A DNA stretch of 32,000 nt from Cellulosilyticum sp. I15G10I2 (GTDB taxonomy: Bacteria; Bacillota; Clostridia; Lachnospirales; Cellulosilyticaceae), in NCBI RefSeq assembly GCF_900095725.1, contig NZ_FMMP01000015.1, forward strand, positions 132,364 to 164,363. Direction: 5' to 3'. The position numbers and the translations under genes were made by a program. Shown here piece after piece: positions 10,398 to 18,939 of the stretch (positions are counted from its first letter, which is position 1; each line of letters begins with the position of its first letter). The notes beneath the pieces are model-generated. The model had not been told where the DNA came from and made no database searches. It saw only the letters and a program-made list of their open reading frames with translations.

Positions 10398-10540
10398 GAA
10401 ATCTATAGTATATAAAAAAACATTACTAAATAAATAAAGAATAAATGGATTTTGTATACAGTAAATGCATTTTAATTGACTTTAGGATTTAGCTAAGTTT
10501 ATAATAGAACAAATAAGCAACATACACGAGGGAGGGTGCT

Positions 10541-11446
10541 ATGAACTCAATTATATTAAAAGCAAGGGGCAAAATTAATCTAACATTAGATGTAGTTGGG
10601 AAAAGGGACAATGGCTATCATGACCTACGTATGATTATGCAAACAATAAATTTATATGATACTTTATATATAAGAAAAACTAAGGTATCAGGTATTAGAC
10701 TGCAAGCAAATTATTCATGGCTTCCAACCAATGAAAAAAACATAGCCTATCGTGCTGCACAAGTTTTTTTGGAAGAAGCAAACATTAATACAGGCGTTGC
10801 TATAGAACTTACAAAAAGAATTCCTGTAGCCGCAGGTCTTGCGGGTGGGAGTACAGATGCTGCTGCTACACTTATAGGATTAAATAAGCTATTTAATACA
10901 AGGTACAATAGAGAAAAGCTTATGGAAATGGGGCTTAGGTTGGGTGCTGATGTACCTTTTTGCATATTAAGAGGAACAGTGCTGGCAGAAGGGATAGGAG
11001 AAGTACTAACACCACTTTCACCCATGCCTTATACGCATGTTGTGCTAGTTAAACCGCCTATTAGTGTATCGACCGCTGTTGTCTATAAAAACCTAGACAT
11101 AAATAATATTCATTTGCATCCAAATACAGAGGCAGCGATAAAAGCAATACAAGATAAAAATCTGCACAGTATAGCAACAAATATGGTTAACGTATTAGAA
11201 GGGGTTACAATTCCTATGTATCCAATTATACAAGATTTTAAAGAAGATCTTATAAGACATGGGGCAATAGGGGCTATGATGAGTGGTAGCGGCTCAACAG
11301 TTTTTGGGTTATTTGAAAGTAAAGAAAAAGCATATGCTGCAGCAGGCTATTTTAAACTGCAGCGCAATGTACGCGATGTGTATACAACTACTACTTATTC
11401 TAAAATGCAAAAAGGGGTGCATGTTAATGATAGAAGATACTTATAG
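10541..11446 (+). CDS. ispE: 4-diphosphocytidyl-2-C-methyl-D-erythritol kinase
   Basis: GHMP kinase motifs: KARGKINLTLDVVGKRDNGYHDL, PVAAGLAGGSTDAAATLIGLN, GAMMSGSGSTVFGLF. Confidence 0.95.
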   Translation: MNSIILKARGKINLTLDVVGKRDNGYHDLRMIMQTINLYDTLYIRKTKVSGIRLQANYSWLPTNEKNIAYRAAQVFLEEANINTGVAIELTKRIPVAAGLAGGSTDAAATLIGLNKLFNTRYNREKLMEMGLRLGADVPFCILRGTVLAEGIGEVLTPLSPMPYTHVVLVKPPISVSTAVVYKNLDINNIHLHPNTEAAIKAIQDKNLHSIATNMVNVLEGVTIPMYPIIQDFKEDLIRHGAIGAMMSGSGSTVFGLFESKEKAYAAAGYFKLQRNVRDVYTTTTYSKMQKGVHVNDRRYL

Positions 11447-12116
11447 CATGAAAATAAATGAGTATTTACCATTAAGAGATATTGTATTTCAAACACTAAG
11501 AAAAGCAATCTTAACAGGTGAACTAGAACCCGGCGAAAGGCTTATGGAAATACAGCTGGGAGAAAAACTAGGTGTAAGCCGCACGCCTATTAGAGAGGCC
11601 ATAAGAAAATTAGAACTAGAAGGTCTAGTGATTATGGTACCAAGAAAAGGGGCACAAGTTGCGCAGTTTACTGAAAAGGATATACAAGATGTATTAGAAG
11701 TGAGAGCTGCACTAGAAGCGCTTGCTGCTAAAATAGCCTGTAAGAGAATGGATGACCGTGCGTTCTTAAAATTGCAGCTTGCAATAACAGAGTACGATTA
11801 TGCAGCAAGAGAAAAAGATATAGAGACTATGATTGAAAAAGATGTAGAGTTTCATGAGACAATATTTAATGCTTCACAAAATGATAAGCTTATTCAGCTC
11901 TTTAACAACTTAAGAGAACAAGTGCATAGGTACCGTATTGCGTATCTTAAGAATACAGGAGAAAGTGAACTGGTTCACGCAGAGCATTTACAGCTCCTAG
12001 AAGCGCTTCAAAGAAGAGATGAAGTTTTAGCTGAAGAAATAGCAGCTAAGCATATACAAACACAGTGTGTATCTATTATGCGTTTTATTAAAAGTAAAGT
12101 GACAGAAGAAAACTAA
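11421..12116 (+). CDS. GntR-family transcriptional regulator (FadR/FCD subfamily)
   Basis: wHTH LRDIVFQTLRKAILTGELEPGERLMEIQLGEKLGVSRTPIREAIRKLELEGLV plus FCD-type C-terminal domain. ATG at 11421 (AAAGGGG RBS) or 11427 is more likely than the ORF-track start 11283; overlaps ispE stop. Confidence 0.9.
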   Translation: MLMIEDTYSMKINEYLPLRDIVFQTLRKAILTGELEPGERLMEIQLGEKLGVSRTPIREAIRKLELEGLVIMVPRKGAQVAQFTEKDIQDVLEVRAALEALAAKIACKRMDDRAFLKLQLAITEYDYAAREKDIETMIEKDVEFHETIFNASQNDKLIQLFNNLREQVHRYRIAYLKNTGESELVHAEHLQLLEALQRRDEVLAEEIAAKHIQTQCVSIMRFIKSKVTEEN

Positions 12117-12125
12117 CGATTGTAT

Positions 12126-12172
12126 AAGGGCCATTTTCTATAAAGAAAAATAAGGCTCTTTTTTTATTTTTG
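12126..12172 (+). terminator. Terminator after GntR gene
   Basis: AAGGGCC...GGCTCTT stem followed by TTTTTT. Confidence 0.6.
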
Positions 12173-12261
12173 GGAATTTATATTATAGAATTATAAGTTA
12201 ATTGGTGTTAAAATGAGGAAGTTAAAAGACTACGATATCTGTGTTTAGGAAGGGGATAAAC

Positions 12262-13983
12262 ATGAATTATAAAGCTATGTATCAAATGTGGACTCAGCAT
12301 GCTGCAGTTGATATTTCAACTAAGAATGAATTAGAAGCACTAACAGATGAAAAAGAGATAGAGGATAGATTTTATAAAAACCTTGAATTTGGTACAGGGG
12401 GCCTTAGAGGTAAGATTGCAGCAGGAACCAATAGGATGAATATTTATACGGTTGCAAAGGCAACAAAAGGACTTGCAGCGTATTTAGTGACTAACTTTGA
12501 GAAACCAAGTATTTGTATTGCCTATGATTCTAGAAATATGTCAGATATATTTGCCGAGACTGCAGCAAAAGTATTAGCAGCAGCTGGTGTTAAGGTGTAC
12601 TTATATGAAAGTCTTAGACCGACACCCATATTGTCTTTTGCCGTAAGATATATGAAAGCAGAAGCGGGGATTGTTATTACAGCTTCGCATAACCCTAAAG
12701 AATACAATGGCTATAAGGTATATGGCAATGATGGTGGACAGATTACAGATCAAGCAGCCAAAGAGGTCTTAGAGTTTATAGATAAAACAGATATTTTTAC
12801 AGATATCAAACAAATGGCATTAGGAGAAGCCGAGGAAAAAGGACTTCTTGTTTACATAGGAGAAGAAGTTGACAAGGCTTATTATGAAAAAGTAGAAAGT
12901 CTCGTTATTAGAAAAAGTCTTGTAAAAGAAAGAGCGAGTGAACTTAAAATCATCTATACGCCTATACACGGAAGCGGCAATGTACCTATAAGAACAATGC
13001 TTAAGAACTTAGGTTTTACAGATGTAACAATTGTTAAAGAACAAGAAGAACCAGATGGCAATTTTCCAACAGCACCTTACCCCAATCCAGAAAACCCACA
13101 AGTATTTAATATTGCAATAGATATGGCAAGGAGAGTCTGCCCAGACCTCATATTTGGAACTGATCCAGACTGTGATAGAATAGGTGTTGTAGTCAAAGAA
13201 GCAAATGGAGAATATAAAGTTTTAACAGGCAATCAAGTAGGGATACTTCTATCAGAATATATCCTTAATGCAAGAGCTGGAGAAGGTATTTTAAGCTCAA
13301 AAGATACGATCATTAAGACGATTGTTACAACAGAGATGGTTAGAAGAATTACAGAGAACTACGATGTTCAGCTTATGGATGTACTGACTGGATTTAAATA
13401 TATAGGAGAAAAAATAGAAGCATTTGAAATGACGGGTTCAAATAATTTTGTTTTAGGCTTTGAAGAAAGCTATGGTTATTTAGCCGGCGGATTTGTAAGA
13501 GACAAAGATGCTGTTATTGCCTCTGTACTTATTGCAGAAATGGCACTTTACTATAAAACAAAAGGCAAGAACCTATCAGAAGCGCTAGAGGATTTATTTA
13601 AAAAATATGGTTACTATAAAGAGCATCTTATCTCTCTTGAAATGGAGGGTAAAGATGGGCAAGAAAAGATTACAAGTATTATTGCCAATCTAAGAGATCA
13701 TGCACCAAGAGTAATCGGGGCTACTAAGATTGTAATATCAGAGGATTATCAGCTTTCTCAAAGATATAATGCAGATGAAAACAGTATAGAACTTATTAAT
13801 CTTCCAAAATCAAATGTTATCAAATTTATTTTAGAAGATAACAGCTGGTTTGTAGTAAGACCATCAGGAACAGAGCCTAAGATTAAGATATATACTTCAG
13901 TCGTAGGCCAAAATCTAGTAGATGCAGAGCAAAAAACAGAGGCATTTGTTAAGGATATCAATAGTTTGCTTAATATGCAGTAA
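12262..13983 (+). CDS. Phosphoglucomutase/phosphomannomutase (alpha-D-phosphohexomutase family), copy 2
   Basis: GTGGLRGKIAAGTNRMNIY, GIVITASHNPKEYNGYKVYG, DPDCDRIG, VRPSGTEPKIKIY. ATG at 12262 with AAGGGGAT upstream preferred over 12241. Confidence 0.92.
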   Translation: MNYKAMYQMWTQHAAVDISTKNELEALTDEKEIEDRFYKNLEFGTGGLRGKIAAGTNRMNIYTVAKATKGLAAYLVTNFEKPSICIAYDSRNMSDIFAETAAKVLAAAGVKVYLYESLRPTPILSFAVRYMKAEAGIVITASHNPKEYNGYKVYGNDGGQITDQAAKEVLEFIDKTDIFTDIKQMALGEAEEKGLLVYIGEEVDKAYYEKVESLVIRKSLVKERASELKIIYTPIHGSGNVPIRTMLKNLGFTDVTIVKEQEEPDGNFPTAPYPNPENPQVFNIAIDMARRVCPDLIFGTDPDCDRIGVVVKEANGEYKVLTGNQVGILLSEYILNARAGEGILSSKDTIIKTIVTTEMVRRITENYDVQLMDVLTGFKYIGEKIEAFEMTGSNNFVLGFEESYGYLAGGFVRDKDAVIASVLIAEMALYYKTKGKNLSEALEDLFKKYGYYKEHLISLEMEGKDGQEKITSIIANLRDHAPRVIGATKIVISEDYQLSQRYNADENSIELINLPKSNVIKFILEDNSWFVVRPSGTEPKIKIYTSVVGQNLVDAEQKTEAFVKDINSLLNMQ

Positions 13984-13998
13984 TATTTGGAGGAGAAT

Positions 13999-14946
13999 AT
14001 GTTAAAATTAAACCCAGTATTTAAGGACTATATCTGGGGTGGGGATAAGCTCAAAACACTTTATCATAAAAAAAGTGATTTAGAGGTTATGGCAGAAAGT
14101 TGGGAGCTCTCTACCCATAAAGATGGTCAGTGCAAGATAGCAGAAGGGGCACATGAGAAAGAAACATTAGCCAATTGGATTAAGGGCAAGAATTTTCTAG
14201 GGAGCAAAGCTGCCTCACAGGATGATTTACCTATTCTTATCAAGCTTATTGATGCAAAAGATAATCTTTCTGTACAGGTGCACCCTGATGATGACTATGC
14301 ACTCACAAATGAAGGAGACTTCGGCAAAACAGAAATGTGGTATGTCTTAGAAGCTGAAGAAGATGCAAGGCTCGTTTATGGTTTCAAAAAAGATATATCT
14401 AAAGAGGCATTTGAACAGCATATTATAGATAATACCTTAACAGAGGTGCTAAATAGTGTGCCTGTAAAAAAAGGAGATGTGTTCTTCATTAATCCTGGGA
14501 CGATGCATGCAATAGGCAAGGGTATTATGATCGCAGAGATTCAGCAGAGCTCTAATGTCACTTATAGAGTATACGACTATGGAAGAGTAGGTGTAGATGG
14601 TAAGCCAAGAGAACTGCATGTAGAAAAAGCACTCCAAGTAACCCATTTGAAAAAAGCAGATAAAGCCAAGGTAGACTATAACTTAGAAAAACATGAGGGT
14701 TATTCACGAGGTGTTATTGCTGCTTGTAAATACTTTACGGTAGAACTGGTGGAGATTGAAGCTGAAGCTGTAATGCATGCAGACCATACAACTTTTCATT
14801 CACTTTTAATATTAGAAGGAGACGTTAGGATTTATTCGCATAAAGACACATTATATGCTGCAAAAGGTGAGTCTATTTTTATTCCAGCAAGTTATGGTGA
14901 CTATAAGATAGAAGGCAGCAGCAAAATTATTTTATCAACGCTATAA
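13999..14946 (+). CDS. manA: Mannose-6-phosphate isomerase, class I
   Basis: KDYIWGGDKLKTLY, PILIKLIDAKDNLSVQVHPDDDYA, GKTEMWYVLEA, VFFINPGTMHAIGKG. ATG at 13999 has GGAGGAG RBS. Confidence 0.93.
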   Translation: MLKLNPVFKDYIWGGDKLKTLYHKKSDLEVMAESWELSTHKDGQCKIAEGAHEKETLANWIKGKNFLGSKAASQDDLPILIKLIDAKDNLSVQVHPDDDYALTNEGDFGKTEMWYVLEAEEDARLVYGFKKDISKEAFEQHIIDNTLTEVLNSVPVKKGDVFFINPGTMHAIGKGIMIAEIQQSSNVTYRVYDYGRVGVDGKPRELHVEKALQVTHLKKADKAKVDYNLEKHEGYSRGVIAACKYFTVELVEIEAEAVMHADHTTFHSLLILEGDVRIYSHKDTLYAAKGESIFIPASYGDYKIEGSSKIILSTL

Positions 14947-15046
14947 ATACATTAGAATCATTAGACATAAAGCCACAGTATGCATACTGTGGCTTAAAAA
15001 AATCAAAAGTGTTTAAGAACCTATCTAAAAAGAGAGGAAGTAGGTC

Positions 15047-15967
15047 ATGAAAGATATCTTTCGTTCAGAACAAAGCTTATTTAGGGATGTAGCAAAAGAA
15101 AAGCATAAAAAGCTCTCCTCAACCTTTTTTATTTTGATTATGCCAGTTATTGTACTAGTAATAGGCGGTTTTGGCGCCGCAATATTCATTCGAAGGATGG
15201 GATTATTTTATCTAAAAGACTGGTTTGACCCTGCATTTTACCTGCCAATAGAGTTAATGATTGGCACAGGATTTGCTATTGTATTGGTTTTTTTAATTGT
15301 AAAGTTTAAGGAGAAAAGAAAGATAAGTACACTGGGACTTTCTATCACTACTTATAGTCTGGGGCAGTATTTAAGAGGGTTTGTATTAGGCATAATGATG
15401 TTTGGTAGCTCACTTGCAATTATTGTTTTAAGTACAGATGGCGAGGTAAGTTTTCAAGGTATCAGCTTAAGGAGTATGCTTCCCTTCCTATTTATGCTTC
15501 TGGCGTGGGTGATACAAGGGGCATCAGAAGAGATACTGCTAAGAGGGTATATGCTACCTGCACTTGCCGTAAGAAAAGGAGCAAAATTTGCAATCATTAC
15601 CTCCTCAGTTTATTTTGCAGCACTGCATCTAGGTAATAGTGGGATTAGCTTCATAGGATTTATGAATATTATATTAGTTGGGATCTTTACCACGTTGTAT
15701 GCAATATATGAAGATAGTATCTGGGGAGTCTGCGGCTGGCATAGTGCATGGAACTTCGCACAGGGTAATTTATTTGGATGTTTAGTAAGTGGCATAGAGC
15801 TAGGTGGGAGCAGTTTATTCATAACGTACTTACCAGAAGAGTCCGAGCTGATTACAGGAGGCAACTTTGGCCCTGAGGCGAGTATCATCGTGACGATTAT
15901 CTTTTTGGGTGCTGCTTATAGTCTTTATAGGTTACTTAGAAATGCTGCTTTTATATCATCACATTGA
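15047..15967 (+). CDS. CPBP/CAAX-like intramembrane metalloprotease
   Basis: Multi-TM; EEILLRGYMLPAL, YFAALHLGNSGI, GWHSAWNFAQGNLFG motifs. Confidence 0.9.
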   Translation: MKDIFRSEQSLFRDVAKEKHKKLSSTFFILIMPVIVLVIGGFGAAIFIRRMGLFYLKDWFDPAFYLPIELMIGTGFAIVLVFLIVKFKEKRKISTLGLSITTYSLGQYLRGFVLGIMMFGSSLAIIVLSTDGEVSFQGISLRSMLPFLFMLLAWVIQGASEEILLRGYMLPALAVRKGAKFAIITSSVYFAALHLGNSGISFIGFMNIILVGIFTTLYAIYEDSIWGVCGWHSAWNFAQGNLFGCLVSGIELGGSSLFITYLPEESELITGGNFGPEASIIVTIIFLGAAYSLYRLLRNAAFISSH

Positions 15968-16115
15968 TACTTTTGATGAATTATAGTGAGAATCCTAAAC
16001 ATGTTTAGAAAAAACCTTTAAATATTTTGAAATATATTATAACACAAGAAGAATGCATGCGTCTTTGTATCTGTAAAACCTTGAGACCTCTAATAGTACA
16101 GACAAAGTAAATTAG

Positions 16116-16316
16116 CTATCTAAAAGGTCGGTTGTAATGCCCACTTGTTGATAGAGGATCAGTATTTGAAGTATTTATATCTGTATCTACATTTTTTAAA
16201 TGATTTGTAGATACAGATGCATTTAAATGCATCTTATTTGAAATTAATTCAACTGAATTATACTTACTTAAATTATTTACCTTAACATCTAATATGTATT
16301 TATAAATATTTTCCAT
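16116..16316 (-). CDS. Small hypothetical protein (66 aa), doubtful
   Basis: Reverse-strand ATG at 16316 preceded by GGAGAGG; no recognisable family; overlaps large inverted repeats. Confidence 0.35.
   Translation of the reverse strand: MENIYKYILDVKVNNLSKYNSVELISNKMHLNASVSTNHLKNVDTDINTSNTDPLSTSGHYNRPFR
16180..16233. repeat. 13-bp perfect inverted repeat plus adjacent 16-bp perfect palindrome
   Basis: ATCTGTATCTACA (16180-16192) / TGTAGATACAGAT (16207-16219); ATGCATTTAAATGCAT (16218-16233). Confidence 0.8.
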
Positions 16317-16745
16317 TTTGAGAAACCTCTCCTTCTATAAATAAAATTATTAGAACTTTATGTAAGTTATATATTATTTTTATAATTAAGTCGAAAAATA
16401 GGAGAATTTATGTATTGATAGAATTTATAGCAAAAAAAGGAATATTTACAATTATATTATAAATTTATACCTTATGTAATTGTCTGTTTACAGAACTATT
16501 TGAAAAAAAGCTACCAATAGTATTTAAGATATATCTTTTGTAAAAGACAATATAAAAAGACTATGCTGATATTAAGAAATGGTAACTGCATTGAGTAGGA
16601 GTCATTCTTTTTAATTCCCAATGATAACGATAGTAATTATAATAAATCATATATTAGTCAATCTCCAAATTTAATTCTTATAGGGCTTTTCAGGATTTTA
16701 TCTTTATTTCATCTTGCTTAGCCTATACTTTTAGTTAATTATACA

Positions 16746-16799
16746 AAGAAATACCCTATAGGATAGACTCTTTATGTCAGTCTACGCTGTAGGGTATTT
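16746..16799. terminator. Bidirectional terminator downstream of minus-strand repressor
   Basis: AATACCCTATAG-GA-TAGACT...AGTCTA-CG-CTGTAGGGTATTTTTT, nested stems. Confidence 0.65.
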
Positions 16800-16823
16800 T
16801 TTATTTAAAATTATTGTTAGCTT

Positions 16824-17204
16824 TCAATCTTTTATATTCTTAATTAATTTTTCCACATCAAATCCCACAGCAGATAAATTCTCTATTAATTTCTCCACTT
16901 CATTAGGTTTTAGATTATGGGGATAGCTCTTGTGAATTTCTATTTCTATAATATTACCATCTTTCATTCCCGAATATATTTTAGAATCTCTATGTTCTGT
17001 ACGTCCTAGTAAGTAGTCTGTTGTACAATTGAAAATATCAGCTAATTTATCTAATGTCACTGTTTCTGGAATTCTATTTCCATTTTCCCAATTTGAAACG
17101 GCAGTAACAGTAACTCCCATTTTATCTGCTAAGTCTTTTTGATTATAACCTTTCTCAAGTCTTAATTTTCTTATATTTTCATGTATTTTAAGCACAATAA
17201 GCAC
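16824..17204 (-). CDS. XRE/Cro-CI family repressor of the tail cassette
   Basis: N-terminal HTH_3: ENIRKLRLEKGYNQKDLADKMGVTVTAVSNWENGNRIPETVTLDKLADIFNCTTDYLLG; divergent to the tail cassette. GTG start at 17204 or 17192. Confidence 0.85.
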   Translation of the reverse strand: MLIVLKIHENIRKLRLEKGYNQKDLADKMGVTVTAVSNWENGNRIPETVTLDKLADIFNCTTDYLLGRTEHRDSKIYSGMKDGNIIEIEIHKSYPHNLKPNEVEKLIENLSAVGFDVEKLIKNIKD

Positions 17205-17220
17205 CTACTTTCTTGTATAA

Positions 17221-17249
17221 ATTATACACTATACAAATAATCAATTCAA
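17221..17249 (-). promoter_or_regulatory. sigmaA-like promoter for the minus-strand repressor
   Basis: On minus strand: TTGAAT (17249-17244), 17-nt spacer, TATAAT (17226-17221). Confidence 0.65.
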
Positions 17250-17308
17250 ATAAAAAGCATAAATAAAGACACATTATAAAGTTATAAAGATAAATAATTA
17301 AAAACTTA

Positions 17309-17337
17309 TTGAAATTTATCTTAAAGATAAGTAAAAT
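17309..17337 (+). promoter_or_regulatory. sigmaA-like promoter for rightward transcription overlapping operator
   Basis: TTGAAA (17309-17314), 17-nt spacer containing palindrome TTATCTTAAAGATAA, TAAAAT (17332-17337). Confidence 0.55.
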
Positions 17338-17376
17338 ATTATCATAAAGATAAATTATGATAATATCTAAAGATAG
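17316..17376. promoter_or_regulatory. Array of repressor operator-like half-palindromes
   Basis: TTATCTTAAAGATAA (17316-17330), TTATCATAAAGATAA (17339-17353), TATCTAAAGATA (17364-17375); the AAAGATA cores start at 17323, 17346 and 17369, exactly 23 bp apart. Confidence 0.65.
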
Positions 17377-17464
17377 CTACTTCAAATTTCTAGAATAGTA
17401 TGTAAATCATAATGTATATATTATTATCAATTATACTACAAGATAAAAAGGAGAAATATCGTCA

Positions 17465-17674
17465 ATGAATATACTCTATTTACAACAGATAAGAGAGAAA
17501 AAAAAACTTTCTAAGGTGCAATTAAGTTATCAATCAGGCATTGCGAGAGGCTATATTACAGAACTTGAGAATGGAAAATATGATAATCCTAGTGTGAAGA
17601 TAGTATGTAATCTATGCAAGGCTCTAAAAGTCACACCAAACGATTTAATTAATGAGGATTTGTATAAAAGCTAG
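17465..17674 (+). CDS. Small Cro-like XRE family regulator
   Basis: 69-aa HTH: LQQIREKKKLSKVQLSYQSGIARGYITELENGKYDNPSVKIVCNLCKALKVTPNDLI; AAGGAG RBS upstream. Confidence 0.85.
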   Translation: MNILYLQQIREKKKLSKVQLSYQSGIARGYITELENGKYDNPSVKIVCNLCKALKVTPNDLINEDLYKS

Positions 17675-17750
17675 ATAGAGAATGATGAGAATATATTCTA
17701 TTCTTAAAAAGATTTTACTAAAGAATACAATGTGAAAGAGGGGACACATA

Positions 17751-18194
17751 ATGAAAAAATACAAAGAGATAGAAGATATGTTATATGGATACAATGATAT
17801 CAAAGCGGAGATTAGGGATATTGAACTGGATATAGAGTCATTTGAAAATGAATATACAGGGCTAAGTGCAGGCTGCCTTACAGCTATCAAAGCAAGTACA
17901 AGCACTTACAAGTTTAATAGCATAATAGAAAATGAAGTTATTAATAAGGAACAAAAGTTAAATTATCTTAAAAAACTAAGAAGAGGCAAAGAAATACAGC
18001 TAGAAAAAATAGATAATATGCTGACTATGTTGACAGAAGAACAGTCGGAACTGATAGAACTTAGATATTTTAAAAAATATAAAATAAATACGGTAGCTTA
18101 TAAATTGGATGTAAGTGAAGAAACAGTTAAAAAAAACAGGGTAATCATACTTAATAGACTAAATGATTTTTTATATAAGCGGAGTTATACCTAA
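17751..18194 (+). CDS. Sigma-70-region-4-like phage late transcription factor (Xpf/ArpU/DUF1492-like)
   Basis: C-terminus LTEEQSELIELRYFKKYKINTVAYKLDVSEETVKKNRVIILNRLNDFL resembles region 4 HTH; position after early regulators and before structural genes. Confidence 0.65.
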   Translation: MKKYKEIEDMLYGYNDIKAEIRDIELDIESFENEYTGLSAGCLTAIKASTSTYKFNSIIENEVINKEQKLNYLKKLRRGKEIQLEKIDNMLTMLTEEQSELIELRYFKKYKINTVAYKLDVSEETVKKNRVIILNRLNDFLYKRSYT

Positions 18195-18262
18195 AAAATA
18201 CCCTATTTTTATATTTTTAGTGTACTGAAAAATACCATTTAGAAGTGATACTATGTTAATGT

Positions 18263-18308
18263 AGACAAAAACAAATATTAACAGCTAAAATTTTAGTTTT
18301 GTCTTTTA
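18263..18308 (+). terminator. Hairpin between early regulators and late genes
   Basis: AGACAAAA (18263-18270) / TTTTGTCT (18297-18304) followed by TTTTA; internal CTAAAATTTTAG palindrome. Confidence 0.45.
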
Positions 18309-18395
18309 TAACTATACATAAGACCTAAAAGAATGGAGTAGTAACAATTCAAATGTGATGCAACCACCTAAAAAGCGTATTGGAGGAAAAGTAAA

Positions 18396-18869
18396 ATGAA
18401 AAAATTATTAGTTGATTTAGGAATAGATCAAGAAATCATTAAAAAAATCATAACAGGTATGAAGCGAGCTAAAGTTTACACCACCTCATTAGAACGAGCT
18501 GATGAGCGATATACTAAACTAAAAAAGCAATATGAACTGTTAAAAAAACAACTAGAATTAGCTAATTCTGAAATAGATAGATGGCAGAAGCTTAATGACT
18601 ATAATGAAATTCTAAAGGCTGAAATAGATGCCTATAGAATGAAGATAGACACAATAAAAATAGACTATGATTCCCAGCTATGCAGTCTTATTTTTGACAA
18701 TGCCCTGAGCAAAAAGCTCGAAGATTTTGATGCTAAATATCATCAACTGCTAATAAACGCATTCAATAAAGATAAACTAGTGTTGGAGGAAGATGGATCT
18801 ATTAAAGGCTTGGATGAGCAATATGAAGCAATCAAAGCAAAGTATGCAGAATTTATTATTACAAGTTAA
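18396..18869 (+). CDS. GP20-family phage scaffold-like coiled-coil protein
   Basis: Coiled-coil central region and C-terminus FDNALSKKLEDFDAKYHQLLINAFNKDKLVLEEDGSIKGLDEQYEAIKAKYAEFI, resembling the Phage_GP20 signature (short helix, DxxKLxxDGxxxGLDEQxxALK). Confidence 0.55.
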   Translation: MKKLLVDLGIDQEIIKKIITGMKRAKVYTTSLERADERYTKLKKQYELLKKQLELANSEIDRWQKLNDYNEILKAEIDAYRMKIDTIKIDYDSQLCSLIFDNALSKKLEDFDAKYHQLLINAFNKDKLVLEEDGSIKGLDEQYEAIKAKYAEFIITS

Positions 18870-18939
18870 GCTAATCAACTAAGATTCTAAGAGCTTTAAT
18901 AAAAATAAATATAGCAGGAGAATGGGGTGAATAACCAGT

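Noticed and set aside
12522-12707. Minus-strand ORFs in the phosphohexomutase genes (also 6320-6592, 13758-13961) and in ispE (10747-11025)
   Set aside because: Antisense ORFs opposite highly conserved enzyme genes; no independent support.
16330-16740. Possible degenerate gene in AT-rich spacer left of the repressor
   Set aside because: All frames are heavily interrupted; no residual protein motif could be identified.
17205-17464. LexA/SOS box in the regulatory region
   Set aside because: I looked for GAAC-N4-6-GTTC-like motifs and saw none; only the AAAGATA-type repeats are evident.
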